From NCBI GenBank assembly GCA_965204595.1, contig CBDBEW010000005.1:614565-678564 (forward strand): a stretch of 64,000 nucleotides of DNA, in the 5' to 3' direction. Positions 51,327 through 60,508 of this stretch are shown piece after piece. Positions within the stretch are counted from its first letter, which is position 1; each line of letters starts with the position of its first letter. The DNA comes from Candidatus Aldehydirespiratoraceae bacterium. Lineage in GTDB: Bacteria; Actinomycetota; Acidimicrobiia; Acidimicrobiales; Aldehydirespiratoraceae. The notes under the pieces are model-generated. The model saw only the letters and a program-made list of their open reading frames with translations, did no database searches and had not been told where the DNA came from. The translations under genes were made by a program, and so were the position numbers.

Positions 51327-53473
51327 GTCCAATCCCAGATTTCACAAAAATCGACTTTGAACAACGCCGAAACGAAAGTCCACGCATCAGCAGTGTGCGA
51401 GACGAACTTCGCGAGCACAAGAGCGTCACCCCAGAAGGTATAGAGATTACTGCCCACACCGACCCTGCCGAAACGACCCAATTCGAAGCTCAACACAGCC
51501 TGCCCGGGTTCGCTCCCTACCTGCGCGGCCCCTACCCAACAATGTATGTCAACCAACCCTGGACAATCCGCCAATACGCGGGTTTCTCAACTGCGGAGGA
51601 ATCCAACGCATTTTACCGAGCCAACCTAGCAGCAGGACAAAAAGGCCTCTCAGTAGCATTTGACTTAGCCACACATCGGGGTTTTGATTCAGACAACCCA
51701 CGAGTGGTTGGTGACGTGGGCATGGCGGGAGTTGCAATCGACTCGATACTAGATATGCGTGAGTTGTTTGCAGGCATCCCGCTAGGCGAGATGAGCGTGT
51801 CAATGACCATGAACGGTGCGGTGTTGCCCATTTTGGCACTATATGTGGTGGCAGCCCAAGAACAAGGCGTGAAACCCGCGCAGCTAAAAGGCACCATCCA
51901 AAACGATATTCTCAAAGAGTTCATGGTACGCAACACCTACATTTATCCCCCCAAACCAAGCATGCGAATCATCTCCGATATTTTCGCTTACGCCTCAAAA
52001 AACATGCCCAAGTTCAACTCAATATCAATATCGGGCTACCACATGCAAGAAGCTGGTGCCACAGCCGACCTTGAACTGGCATACACCCTCGCTGACGGCA
52101 TTGAATATGTACGGGCTGGCTTGGCTGCTGGATTGTCTGTCGACTCGTTTGCGCCACGGCTCAGCTTTTTTTGGGGTATAGGAATGGATTTTTTTATGGA
52201 AGTCGCCAAACTGCGAGCCGCTCGCTTGATGTGGGCAACGCTTATGTCCGATTTTGGATGCGAAAACCCCAAGTCTTTGTCGTTGCGAACCCACTGTCAA
52301 ACCAGTGGTTGGAGCCTCACCGCTCAAGACGTTTACAACAATGTGGTGCGAACCTGTGTGGAAGCCATGGCCGCCACCCAAGGCCACACCCAGTCGCTGC
52401 ACACCAACGCTTTAGATGAAGCACTCGGCTTACCCACAGAGACATCCGCACGCCTCGCTCGCAACACTCAACTTTTTTTGCAACAAGAAAGTGGCACCAC
52501 CCGCACGGTAGACCCGTGGGGGGGTAGCTACCATGTGGAGAAACTGACATCCGATTTAGCCAAGCGAGCGTGGCAGCACATAGAAGAAGTTGAAGCCTCA
52601 GGCGGTATGGCTGCCGCGATAGAGGCGGGCATACCAAAAATACGTATCGAAACAGCAGCAGCGCGCACCCAAGCACGCATAGACTCCAGAACACAAGCGG
52701 TTATTGGTGTCAACAAATACCCGGTCGAGCACGCCCAAGATGAACCTATTGAGGTCTTGCGGATCGATAATGTAGAAGTGCGCGCCGCCCAAATCGCTAA
52801 ACTACAAACTCTGCGGGCTGAACGTGACCAAACTAGGGTTGCCCAAGCTCTCACCGCATTGACTAATGCGGCCGAGTCTGGGCGAGGCAACCTTCTAGCT
52901 CTTGCAGTCGACGCGGCTCAAGCAAAAGCGACTGTGGGGGAGATGAGCGAAGCTCTTGAAACAGTTTACGGTCGGCATCAAGCAAAAATCCATACCATAG
53001 AGGGGGTGTATCGAGCCGAGATTGATCAAAACGACGAAGCCATAGGTTTGGTGAGGGCACAAACGGCTGCATTTGCTGTGCGAAGCGGGCGCCGTCCACG
53101 TATTTTGGTGGCAAAAATGGGCCAAGATGGACACGACCGTGGGCAAAAAGTAATCGCCACGGCATTTGCCGATCTCGGCTTCGATGTTGACATCGGCTCG
53201 CTTTTCTTGACCCCTGCTGAGGTGGCACGCCAAGCTATAGAAGCTGACGTGCATGTGGTGGGCATCTCGTCTCTAGCTGCAAGCCACCTTACTTTGGTTC
53301 CTGAGTTGTTGCGTGAACTAGCACGGCTCGGGCGTGCCGATCTCAAGGTGATAGTGGGTGGTGTGATACCACCTGAAGACACCAAAGAATTGCTTGAGAT
53401 GGGTGTGGCTGCGGTGTACCCACCGGGCACGGTTATCGCCGAAGCAGCCGCGAGTTTACTTGAATTATTGTAG
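51323..53473 (+). CDS. mutB: methylmalonyl-CoA mutase large (alpha) subunit
   Basis: 716-aa ORF. It has FTRGPY-like [22 protein letters not shown] and RLARNTQ blocks, and a C-terminal B12 domain with GQDGHDRG (DxHxxG). Confidence 0.95.
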   Translation: MSPIPDFTKIDFEQRRNESPRISSVRDELREHKSVTPEGIEITAHTDPAETTQFEAQHSLPGFAPYLRGPYPTMYVNQPWTIRQYAGFSTAEESNAFYRANLAAGQKGLSVAFDLATHRGFDSDNPRVVGDVGMAGVAIDSILDMRELFAGIPLGEMSVSMTMNGAVLPILALYVVAAQEQGVKPAQLKGTIQNDILKEFMVRNTYIYPPKPSMRIISDIFAYASKNMPKFNSISISGYHMQEAGATADLELAYTLADGIEYVRAGLAAGLSVDSFAPRLSFFWGIGMDFFMEVAKLRAARLMWATLMSDFGCENPKSLSLRTHCQTSGWSLTAQDVYNNVVRTCVEAMAATQGHTQSLHTNALDEALGLPTETSARLARNTQLFLQQESGTTRTVDPWGGSYHVEKLTSDLAKRAWQHIEEVEASGGMAAAIEAGIPKIRIETAAARTQARIDSRTQAVIGVNKYPVEHAQDEPIEVLRIDNVEVRAAQIAKLQTLRAERDQTRVAQALTALTNAAESGRGNLLALAVDAAQAKATVGEMSEALETVYGRHQAKIHTIEGVYRAEIDQNDEAIGLVRAQTAAFAVRSGRRPRILVAKMGQDGHDRGQKVIATAFADLGFDVDIGSLFLTPAEVARQAIEADVHVVGISSLAASHLTLVPELLRELARLGRADLKVIVGGVIPPEDTKELLEMGVAAVYPPGTVIAEAAASLLELL

Positions 53474-54460
53474 ATGCGAATGGAACCCCCCCCGTCCACA
53501 GATGAAGCACTTCGTGACTTGATAGGGGGAGTGCAGGCTTCAGATCGCGGCGCGTTGGGGCGTGCTATCACCCTCGTTGAGTCCACCAAACACCGCAGCC
53601 AAGCAACACAATTACTACAGGCATTGCTGCCCCACACAGGCAAAGCCCACCGCATTGGGATCACTGGTGTGCCTGGCGTGGGCAAGTCCACCTTCATTGA
53701 AACGCTGGGTGTGCAGTTAGTGGAGCTTGGTCATCGAGTGGCGGTTGTGGCTGTTGACCCGTCAAGCCCCCGCAGTGGCGGATCGATTCTGGCTGACAAG
53801 ACCCGCATGTCTCGTCTCGCCAGAGACGACCGTGCATTCATTCGACCAGTCGCCACAGGTTGCACTCTCGGGGGAGTGGGACACTCAACCCGCGAGACGA
53901 TCTTGCTACTTGAAGCAGCGGGATATGACATCGTGATTGTGGAAACGGTGGGTGTGGGGCAATCAGAAACTCTGGTGGCAGCAATGGTCGACACATTTTT
54001 GGTGTTGATGTTGGCTGGTGCTGGTGACGATATACAAGGGATCAAGCGAGGGGTTTTGGAGTTGGCGGATTTGGTGGCGGTCAACAAAGCTGATGGCGAT
54101 AACGTTGCACCCACTAATCTCGCCGCGGCCGACTACCGCCGTGCTATAGAAATCTTGGCTCCGCCAAACCCGCACTGGCGGGTACCTGTTGTGACCTGTT
54201 CTTCGCTGCAAGGACTTACCGAGATATGGCAACTTGTTCAACAACATCATGAAGTGCAAATCGCTAGCGGTGAACATCAAAAGCGCCGCAACCAACAACA
54301 ACTTGGCTGGCTTCAAGATATGGTGAAAGAGCGACTACTAGCGGCGGTCGCTGCCGACAGTTCATTCGCAACTCGTCTTGCAGAACTTGAGCTGGCAGTT
54401 GAAGTTGGGGAGTTGCACCCTACGGTTGCTGTAGAGCTTTTGTTTGAAACAAAAATCTAG
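53474..54460 (+). CDS. meaB: methylmalonyl-CoA mutase-associated GTPase
   Basis: 328-aa ORF starting right after the mutB stop. It has the P-loop GVPGVGKST, ETVGVGQSE and NKAD. Confidence 0.9.
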   Translation: MRMEPPPSTDEALRDLIGGVQASDRGALGRAITLVESTKHRSQATQLLQALLPHTGKAHRIGITGVPGVGKSTFIETLGVQLVELGHRVAVVAVDPSSPRSGGSILADKTRMSRLARDDRAFIRPVATGCTLGGVGHSTRETILLLEAAGYDIVIVETVGVGQSETLVAAMVDTFLVLMLAGAGDDIQGIKRGVLELADLVAVNKADGDNVAPTNLAAADYRRAIEILAPPNPHWRVPVVTCSSLQGLTEIWQLVQQHHEVQIASGEHQKRRNQQQLGWLQDMVKERLLAAVAADSSFATRLAELELAVEVGELHPTVAVELLFETKI

Positions 54461-54524
54461 AACAACTGCAAATATTTGGGCACAAGGTCAAAGAGCAGAA
54501 TTCACATAGCAGGATAAGGAGATA

Positions 54525-55640
54525 TTGATGCAGATAGCACCCCCAGGACTCAAAGGTTTAGCGGTAGCGGACACGATGCTTGGTTCGGTTAGAGGTCAAG
54601 AAGGGTTCTTTCATTACCGGCAGCATGATGCTGCCGAACTTGCTCGCACCCGTTCGTTGGAAGATGTATGGACGCTACAAGTTGATGGTGCGTTACCTCC
54701 TGAGCTTCCCCAAGTATCGCCGGGGCATCTGCGAATCTTGCCTGGACCGATTGTGGCGTTGTTAGATGGGTGTGCTAGTCGGGTGGCTGATTCAACGGTG
54801 GCTTTACGGATCGGCATGTTGGGGTTAGGCGATTATGAACAGCGAGGGCCGATACTTGACCGCAGCCCGGCTGAAATACATGACGATGCTTTGCGTTTGG
54901 CGGCGGTTGTGCCGACCGTGCTGGCTCGCCATTATCGACTCCGTCATGGGTTGGTTCCGCTAGACCCCGACCCCACGATAAGCCACGCAGCCGACTATTT
55001 TCGTATGGTGACAGGTGCGCGAGCTTCGCTTGTTGCGGAACGGGCCATTGAGCAGTATCTCGTGGCTACTCTTGACCACGGTTTCAACGCTTCAACGTTC
55101 ACTAGTCGGGTGGTGGCGAGCACAGGCGCGGACATGGCTGGTTGTTTGGTGGCTGCAGTGGGGGCTTTGTCTGGGCCGTTGCATGGCGGAGCACCGAGTC
55201 GTTCGATGCAGATGATCGATGAGATAGGTGAACCAGAATCTGCTGGGGAGTGGACGCTTGGTCGCCTAAAGGCGGGGGAGAAAATTATGGGTTTCGGTCA
55301 CGCTGTGTATCGTGCTGAAGACCCCCGTGGGGTGGTTTTGCGTGAGGCTGCGGAGCGTATCGGTGGTGATCTGGTGAGACGTGCGGCTGGTATTGAGCAG
55401 GAGATTTTGGCGGTTTTGGCGCAGTGGCGTCCCGGGCAGAGGATCGTCACGAATGTTGAATACTGGGCTGGTGTGGTGCTGGAGCTCATTGGTTTGCCTC
55501 GTGAAATGTTTACTCCAACCTTTTCGGTTAGCCGCTCGATTGGTTGGTCAGCTCATGTGATCGAACAACACGGTGAAGGCAAAATCATGCGCCCCAGTGC
55601 CCGCTACATCGGCCCCACCCCATCACCCCCCACACCCTAA
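54525..55640 (+). CDS. citrate synthase family protein (CitA / 2-methylcitrate-synthase-like)
   Basis: 371-aa ORF. It has LDHGFNASTF and the catalytic His block GFGHAVYRAEDPR. Citrate versus methylcitrate specificity not determinable. Confidence 0.8.
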   Translation: MMQIAPPGLKGLAVADTMLGSVRGQEGFFHYRQHDAAELARTRSLEDVWTLQVDGALPPELPQVSPGHLRILPGPIVALLDGCASRVADSTVALRIGMLGLGDYEQRGPILDRSPAEIHDDALRLAAVVPTVLARHYRLRHGLVPLDPDPTISHAADYFRMVTGARASLVAERAIEQYLVATLDHGFNASTFTSRVVASTGADMAGCLVAAVGALSGPLHGGAPSRSMQMIDEIGEPESAGEWTLGRLKAGEKIMGFGHAVYRAEDPRGVVLREAAERIGGDLVRRAAGIEQEILAVLAQWRPGQRIVTNVEYWAGVVLELIGLPREMFTPTFSVSRSIGWSAHVIEQHGEGKIMRPSARYIGPTPSPPTP

Positions 55641-55708
55641 CCAACCTCACCACTTTTGTTGCACCCCCGCACTCATCCGCCATCTTCGCGACTCACGGCA
55701 CCACGCGC

Positions 55709-56478
55709 TCAAATGTCGGTTCCCGGCAGGACATCAGAGATGTCTGACGCTAGGTCACTTCTTGTGCCCGCCATCCCTTCGACCCTCTTGACCGTTAGTT
55801 TCTCGTCTCCAACATCGATTTGGACACTTTCGGAATTGAGCGTCAATCGCAACTCCGGCAGTTCGCTCGGAGTATCAGAGAGAAGTTGTGCAAGGGGACT
55901 CCGAACATACCGTTCTATGAAAAGGCCCATAGCGTACCCCGCTTCGTGCTGTAGGTGGGACCAAGCGTCGTCACCCACGCGATCATCGGCTCAAACAGGT
56001 ATCCGGTTTCTTGAACAGCTCTGTTGTCGATGTCGAACATCCATTTTCGCAAAATAAGGAGAGATCCCAAAGCTTTGCTGTCTAGGTCTCCGAACTGGAG
56101 GAGGCCCCGGGGACCGACCTGCTCGAGAGACGGGATTGCTTGCAAAGCAACGATATTAGCGAATTTAAGCCTAGCTCGATGAAGAGCGGCGAGTGAAAAG
56201 AAGAACATATCTGTATCAATTGGTCCCAACTCCAGTAATCTTTCGAACGAACCAAGCGCAGAAATCTCGCCGTCGAGTGCTAGCGAGTCAACCGGAATTT
56301 CAAAATAAGAGCGATCCTCGAACGGATCTGGATCCACTACACCCTCAAGAGCGAGATCACGTGAGACGACAGCAACAAGTCCTCTTATTGCACTGTCAGA
56401 CAGAGAAATACCCTGATCTCCTGCACCACGGCGCCGAGCCTTCTCAAACAGTGTCATCTGACTCTTGGTCAAGACCAC
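55709..56478 (-). pseudogene. candidate type II restriction endonuclease partner of the C5-MTase, interrupted by a frameshift
   Basis: The 187-aa ORF (55915..56478, overlapping the MTase stop) reads ..MFDIDNRAVQETGYLFEPMIA. The reading continues plausibly in another frame as VGDDAWSHLQHEAGYAMGLFIERYV.. (ORF 55709..55978). The nuclease call rests on position and size only, with no motif recognised with certainty. Confidence 0.4.
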
Positions 56479-57797
56479 AACGACATCTCTCCAAGGTTGT
56501 ATCTGTCGCTAATTCGTGAGACCACATTTCGCAAGGATGGACTCATTGCTGATCCATTGGTGACGTAGAATTCGAGGAGTCTGCCAGGTACAGAATGGTC
56601 GTTGTTCGTGTCCATCCTGGAACCTATCCAATGCCCGATGATTTCTCCGAACACCGGAGGGACAGAGTTGCCGATGAGCGTAGCCTGCTCCGTTCGGTTA
56701 CCGACGAATTCGAAATCGTCAGGGAAACCTTGCAGTCGCGCGCACTCTCGGAGACTGAGGAACCGATTCAATCGAGGGTGAACAAACTCTCGCCCAGCTC
56801 CGCTGGTGATAGCTTTTGACGGCTCGTCAGGTCTGAGCCTTCGCAGACCGTATGGTGCCCCGCCCCGACGATGCGTCGGCATACCGTCTGCGACCCGGCG
56901 GTTGGCTCGCCGAGAGTAGCTCGGATGCTGGAGGCTCGGAGGCAGATCTCCCATCGTCTGACCGCACTGTAGTGATTCGATGCGTTGCAGTTCGTCTCCG
57001 GTACTTGGTGTCACGAAATGGCCTTGCACCTTGGCTTCCGCGACGCTCGCGGCGACAGGAGGGAGTCCGACGAGCGCATCATGAACGCATGGTGCAAGCG
57101 GAAGACTCTCGGTGCGCTTGAGTTGCGCGCCCGGCGCGCCGTACGCGTGGTGCGACGGACTGGGAAAACCAGGATCGGTGTGCAGAGCGCCGATCACAAC
57201 TACCCGCTTCCGCAACTGCGGAACACCGTAGTTGGCGATGTTCACCTTGCGGAGCCTCACCTGGTACCCGCACTCAATCAGGTCGTCTAGCAGATCTGTT
57301 ACAAAATCACCGCCCGACATGGTCAGGAAGCCTTCTACATTCTCAAACAGGAACCACTTTGGACTCAACTCGACGACCAACCGAGAAAACTCACGTACTA
57401 GGGTGTTGCGCTTATCGAAGGCCCTTCTGGCACCTGCCGAGGTGAACCCCTGACACGGTGCTCCACCGACGACTAGCGAAGGGCGCACGTTCCCGGACAA
57501 CTCAAGGATGTCCATTCCAGTCAGCCCTCGAACGTCGTCTCTAGAGACGACCACCCCCTCGAAGTTGCGATTCAAGGTCGAGATCGCGGGATCCCAATTG
57601 TCGTTGAGCACCATCGCCTTGAACCCAGCCCACTGCAGGCCGAGTGTCAGTCCGCCCGCGCCGGCGAACAGGTCGACGCACGCAATCGACTCGCTACTCA
57701 ATTCGTTGGGAGTGCAGATCAAACTCACAACCCGATCATAGTACGGTAATGCGACAAGCACGTTGAGTCCCGCGTTGTCATGCATACTAGCCCGCAA
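56469..57797 (-). CDS. DNA (cytosine-5)-methyltransferase
   Basis: 442-aa ORF (TTG 57797; alternative ATG 57785). It has motif I DLFAGAGGLTLG, motif IV GGAPCQGFT, motif VI FLFENVEGF, motif VIII QLRKRVVVIG and motif X GNSVPP. Confidence 0.9.
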   Translation of the reverse strand: MRASMHDNAGLNVLVALPYYDRVVSLICTPNELSSESIACVDLFAGAGGLTLGLQWAGFKAMVLNDNWDPAISTLNRNFEGVVVSRDDVRGLTGMDILELSGNVRPSLVVGGAPCQGFTSAGARRAFDKRNTLVREFSRLVVELSPKWFLFENVEGFLTMSGGDFVTDLLDDLIECGYQVRLRKVNIANYGVPQLRKRVVVIGALHTDPGFPSPSHHAYGAPGAQLKRTESLPLAPCVHDALVGLPPVAASVAEAKVQGHFVTPSTGDELQRIESLQCGQTMGDLPPSLQHPSYSRRANRRVADGMPTHRRGGAPYGLRRLRPDEPSKAITSGAGREFVHPRLNRFLSLRECARLQGFPDDFEFVGNRTEQATLIGNSVPPVFGEIIGHWIGSRMDTNNDHSVPGRLLEFYVTNGSAMSPSLRNVVSRISDRYNLGEMSLWS

Positions 57798-57812
57798 ACG
57801 AACCTCGTCTTT

Positions 57813-57872
57813 CTATAAGGGATTCTAACCGAATATAAGAAATAGGTTAGATTTGTAGATATTTCCTTATAG
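57813..57872. promoter_or_regulatory. paired inverted repeats in the divergent MTase/ATPase intergenic region
   Basis: The outer repeat is ctataagg (57813..57820) / ccttatag (57865..57872). The inner repeat is tctaacc (57824..57830) / ggttaga (57845..57851). The region is AT-rich and lies between two divergent starts. Confidence 0.3.
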
Positions 57873-57880
57873 TTGACGCG

Positions 57881-59062
57881 ATGGACCCTTCAACAAACCC
57901 GTATGCCCCTAAAGCTGGAACGCCGCCACCGCATTTGGCGGGACGCAACGACCTGCTACGCGATTTTGATGTGATACTGGCTCGCGCAGCTATGGCTCAC
58001 TCGGTGCAGCCTCCGATTCTGTCGGGACTTCGTGGTGTTGGTAAGACCGTTCTTCTGCTGCAGTTCAGATCGAAGGCGCGTCAAGCCGGTTGGGTGGCTG
58101 AAATGTTTGAGACCCGACCGGAAGGCAACCTGCGACGGCAGGTCTCAGACGCGCTCATTCCGATGGTCAGAGCTCTCAACCGAAAATGGCGCAACAAGGA
58201 GAGGGTGACGCAAATCGGCCGGATCGCGGCGAGTTTTGTGCAGGCCACGACAACGACGCTCACGCGAGGCGGAATCGCGCTCCACTTCGAGCCCGAAGGG
58301 GGGATCGCTGATTCGGGCGACTTTGAAACCGACCTGATCGAACTTGTGGTTGCGTTGGGCGAGGGTGCCCGCGCCGAGAAAACCGGTGCGTTGTTGCTTA
58401 TCGACGAAATACAGGATGCCCAACTCGAAGGGCTTGCTGCAGTAGCTGGCGCAGCACATCGGATCAACCAAGAGCAATTGCCAGTGGTGATTAGTGGTGC
58501 CGGCCTCCCTCCCGCGGGCCGCCACCTGTCAGAAGCGCGCTCCTACTCCGAGCGACTATTTTCGATCAAACCGGTTGACAAGCTCAACGACGACGACACC
58601 GCTGTCGCGTTGTCGCAACCCGCCCACACGTGTGGGATTTCCTTTGACGAGGACGCTCTGCAGGCACTAGTGAAAGCTTCGGGTGGATATCCATTTTTTA
58701 TCCAGACACACGGCAAACACGTTTGGAACCGAGCGACCGCATCACCCATCACGCTTGCAGACATAGACGAATCGGTTCCAGAAGCCAACCGGGAACTAGT
58801 TGAATCGTTTTTCACACCCCGCTACGAGCGGGCAACCCGCGCTGAGCGCCGCTACCTGCATGCTATGGCCCGCGCCGACACCGAACCAGCCTCATCAAGT
58901 GAAGTGACACGGTTACTAGGGCACAAAAAACCGGAGCGGGCATCACCGCATAGAGACTCACTTATCAGCAAAGGCCTAATCTACGCCCCCGAACGAGGCC
59001 GTGTTGCGTTCACCGTACCCAACATGTCGGACTTCTTGCGGAACCTTCCAACCCCAGAATAA
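57881..59062 (+). CDS. AAA ATPase (Orc1/Cdc6- or AAA_16-like) with a C-terminal winged-helix-like region
   Basis: 393-aa ORF. LAGRNDLLRDF is followed by Walker A GLRGVGKT and Walker B LLLIDEIQ. The C-terminal ..SSEVTRLLGHKKPERASPHRDSLISKGLIY fits a wHTH. Confidence 0.7.
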   Translation: MDPSTNPYAPKAGTPPPHLAGRNDLLRDFDVILARAAMAHSVQPPILSGLRGVGKTVLLLQFRSKARQAGWVAEMFETRPEGNLRRQVSDALIPMVRALNRKWRNKERVTQIGRIAASFVQATTTTLTRGGIALHFEPEGGIADSGDFETDLIELVVALGEGARAEKTGALLLIDEIQDAQLEGLAAVAGAAHRINQEQLPVVISGAGLPPAGRHLSEARSYSERLFSIKPVDKLNDDDTAVALSQPAHTCGISFDEDALQALVKASGGYPFFIQTHGKHVWNRATASPITLADIDESVPEANRELVESFFTPRYERATRAERRYLHAMARADTEPASSSEVTRLLGHKKPERASPHRDSLISKGLIYAPERGRVAFTVPNMSDFLRNLPTPE

Positions 59063-59316
59063 CAAACTACTCCACAACCAACCCGACCCCCAATTTCCCA
59101 ACCCGCCAATCCACCACCCATCGGAATAGAGAATCCATTTAGGCTCGCGATACCGTCAATGGTAGCTTGTTTTACTTCTGCTGAAATAGTAGACAGATCG
59201 TTGACAACGATCAAGCCTTTGTTCACAGCATATGTGTAACCATCAATCGTTACCCGACCTGCAGTCACTGCAAATTCTCGCCCACGAATAACAACTTTAG
59301 CCACGGATCGAGCCAC
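58981..59316 (-). CDS. hypothetical small protein downstream of the cassette array
   Basis: 111-aa ORF. The last 27 codons overlap the ATPase 3' end antisense. No family recognised, and it may be spurious. Confidence 0.25.
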   Translation of the reverse strand: MARSVAKVVIRGREFAVTAGRVTIDGYTYAVNKGLIVVNDLSTISAEVKQATIDGIASLNGFSIPMGGGLAGWEIGGRVGCGVVCYSGVGRFRKKSDMLGTVNATRPRSGA

Positions 59317-59332
59317 AGATTCCTTCCAAAAA

Positions 59333-59419
59333 TCACGAGACTGCGTCGAAACAGAACCATATTACCAGTTGAGTTGCGCTGTATCGTTGTGTTGCGTCGT
59401 GTTGGTCGCGTGTCGTCAT
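59333..59419 (-). pseudogene. B-type cassette gene stump (28 codons)
   Basis: MTTRDQHDATQRYSATQLVIWFCFDAVS followed by a stop. It parallels the first about 25 residues of 63314..63697 (MTTRDRDVDRERFSATQLAISFCLGAV) and starts 5 nt after the upstream stop. Confidence 0.55.
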
Positions 59420-59720
59420 GTCGGTTATCTCGCCTCAATAATGACTCTGTCTTGCAAAATAATGACGTTGTCTTCCAGCGTTTTCCAGAATTTGTTGGTT
59501 TTTTTGGGTAAGGGTGGGTGCCAGGGTAGGTCTGGGATGTTGGTGTTGGGGTCAGGGCAGGTTCCGTCGTTGTCTTGGAGGTCGTTGGTGTCGCCGTCGC
59601 CGTTTACGTCGTGGGTGAAGCAGTGGCGATGCGGGGTTGTTGCCGCTTTGCCGCTGCTGTCTTTGTAGACATGCAAGAATTCGGCTCCATGGGCGTGAAA
59701 GCTTCCATGGTGGAGGTCTC
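59414..59720 (-). repeat. cassette junction/A-domain DNA repeat, copy a
   Basis: Near-identical by eye to 63690..64000. Shared strings include gtcatgtcggttatctcgcctcaataatgac and ttttccagaatttgttggtt..gggtaagggtgggtgccagggtaggtctgggatgttggtgt. Confidence 0.85.
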
Positions 59721-59892
59721 TAATCATGGCGTCGGTTAAATTGGTGGGTAGCCCACGAATCTGCACCATCCACGTCAACAAGACACCAAGCACAAGACCA
59801 AAAACCAAGCCAACACAAGAATATTTGAACAGTTGAGTTTCGGTGAAGCGTTTTCGTTCGTCGTGTTGTTCGCGGGTTGCCATGTCGGTCAT
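59425..59892 (-). CDS. cassette chimera: B-type N-terminus/TM helix fused to the A-type Cys/His/Asp-rich domain
   Basis: 155 aa. MTDMATREQHDE..VGLVFGLVLGVLLTWMVQIRG parallels the N-terminus of 60089..60508. LTDAMIRDLHHGSFHAHGAEFLHVYKDSSGKAATTPHRHCFTHDVNGDGDTNDLQDNDGTCPDPNTNIPDLPWHPPLPKKTNKFWKTLEDN..EAR then parallels the other A copies. Confidence 0.6.
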   Translation of the reverse strand: MTDMATREQHDERKRFTETQLFKYSCVGLVFGLVLGVLLTWMVQIRGLPTNLTDAMIRDLHHGSFHAHGAEFLHVYKDSSGKAATTPHRHCFTHDVNGDGDTNDLQDNDGTCPDPNTNIPDLPWHPPLPKKTNKFWKTLEDNVIILQDRVIIEAR

Positions 59893-60010
59893 CTCGCCTC
59901 TTTTTTCTCACAGTAGTGGATGATGTGTTTGGTGTTTTCCAGTGTTTGCCAGAATTTGTTGTTTTTTTGGGTAAGGGTGGGTGCCATGGGTAGGTCTGGG
60001 ATGTTGGTGT
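59880..60010 (-). repeat. cassette junction DNA repeat, copy b (short, more diverged)
   Basis: catgtcggtcatctcgcctc ... ccagaatttgttgtttttttgggtaagggtgggtgccatgggtaggtctgggatgttggtgt. Confidence 0.8.
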
Positions 60011-60074
60011 CAGGGTCGGGGCAGGTTCCGGTCTTCCTCAGTCGAGCGGTGCTAGTTTCCGGTTCTTCACTCAT
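59889..60074 (-). CDS. mini A-type cassette ORF (61 aa)
   Basis: MSEEPETSTARLRKTGTCPDPDTNIPDLPMAPTLTQKNNKFWQTLENTKHIIHYCEKKEAR. The stop overlaps the next start (ATGA). A homologous start (MNEEPASSAARPRKT..) follows the other B gene at 63300 but is truncated there. Confidence 0.35.
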   Translation of the reverse strand: MSEEPETSTARLRKTGTCPDPDTNIPDLPMAPTLTQKNNKFWQTLENTKHIIHYCEKKEAR

Positions 60075-60088
60075 CAACAAATTCTCTG

Positions 60089-60508
60089 CTACATCCGCCG
60101 CAACAGACTGTGGATCTCTGCTACATCCTCTCCAGCAGACTGTGGAGACGAGTTTGCTGGTTTCTCTGCTATAACGCTCTCTTCCGCGTCCCCAGCCGGT
60201 GTCGACGAATCGGTCCAATCAGAAAGCCGCTGGTCGGTGGCTTCTGTCGATGCGCCGTCGCTGTGCCGTCGGGAAAGCCACTTCGCACCGAAATTAGATT
60301 CAGAAGCGGCAACACCGATAGTGCTACCAACAGCAGCCGGCAGAATCATCAGCAATGTGGCAACCACTCCACGAGTATGCACCATCCACGTACACATGGC
60401 ACCAAGTGCAAATCCCAGCACTATGGCAACGATCAAGCATATGGTCAGATGAGTTTTGGTAACCCATTGGTGTTCGTCGTGTTCGTCGCGGGTTGCCATG
60501 TCGGTCAT
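60089..60508 (-). CDS. B-type cassette protein (small 2-TM protein with an acidic C-terminal tail)
   Basis: 139 aa from ATG 60508, which overlaps the upstream stop as ATGA. It has two hydrophobic helices and the tail ..DWTDSSTPAGDAEESVIAEKPANSSPQSA, paralogous to 63314..63697. Confidence 0.6.
   Translation of the reverse strand: MTDMATRDEHDEHQWVTKTHLTICLIVAIVLGFALGAMCTWMVHTRGVVATLLMILPAAVGSTIGVAASESNFGAKWLSRRHSDGASTEATDQRLSDWTDSSTPAGDAEESVIAEKPANSSPQSAGEDVAEIHSLLRRM

Noticed and set aside
53026-53697. A 223-aa minus-strand ORF spanning the mutB/meaB junction.
   Set aside because: It is antisense to two genes with unmistakable motifs, and its translation has no recognisable features.
59369-59668. 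Plus-strand 99-aa ORFs (59369..59668 and 63647..63946, plus 59920..60174, 60493..60858, 60575..61006 and 60955..61215) that are also 'conserved' between repeat copies.
   Set aside because: Their conservation is a by-product of DNA identity. The nucleotide differences between copies are silent in the minus frame but change residues in these plus frames (for example W/C in KQWRCG vs KQCRCG). The minus strand is therefore the coding strand.
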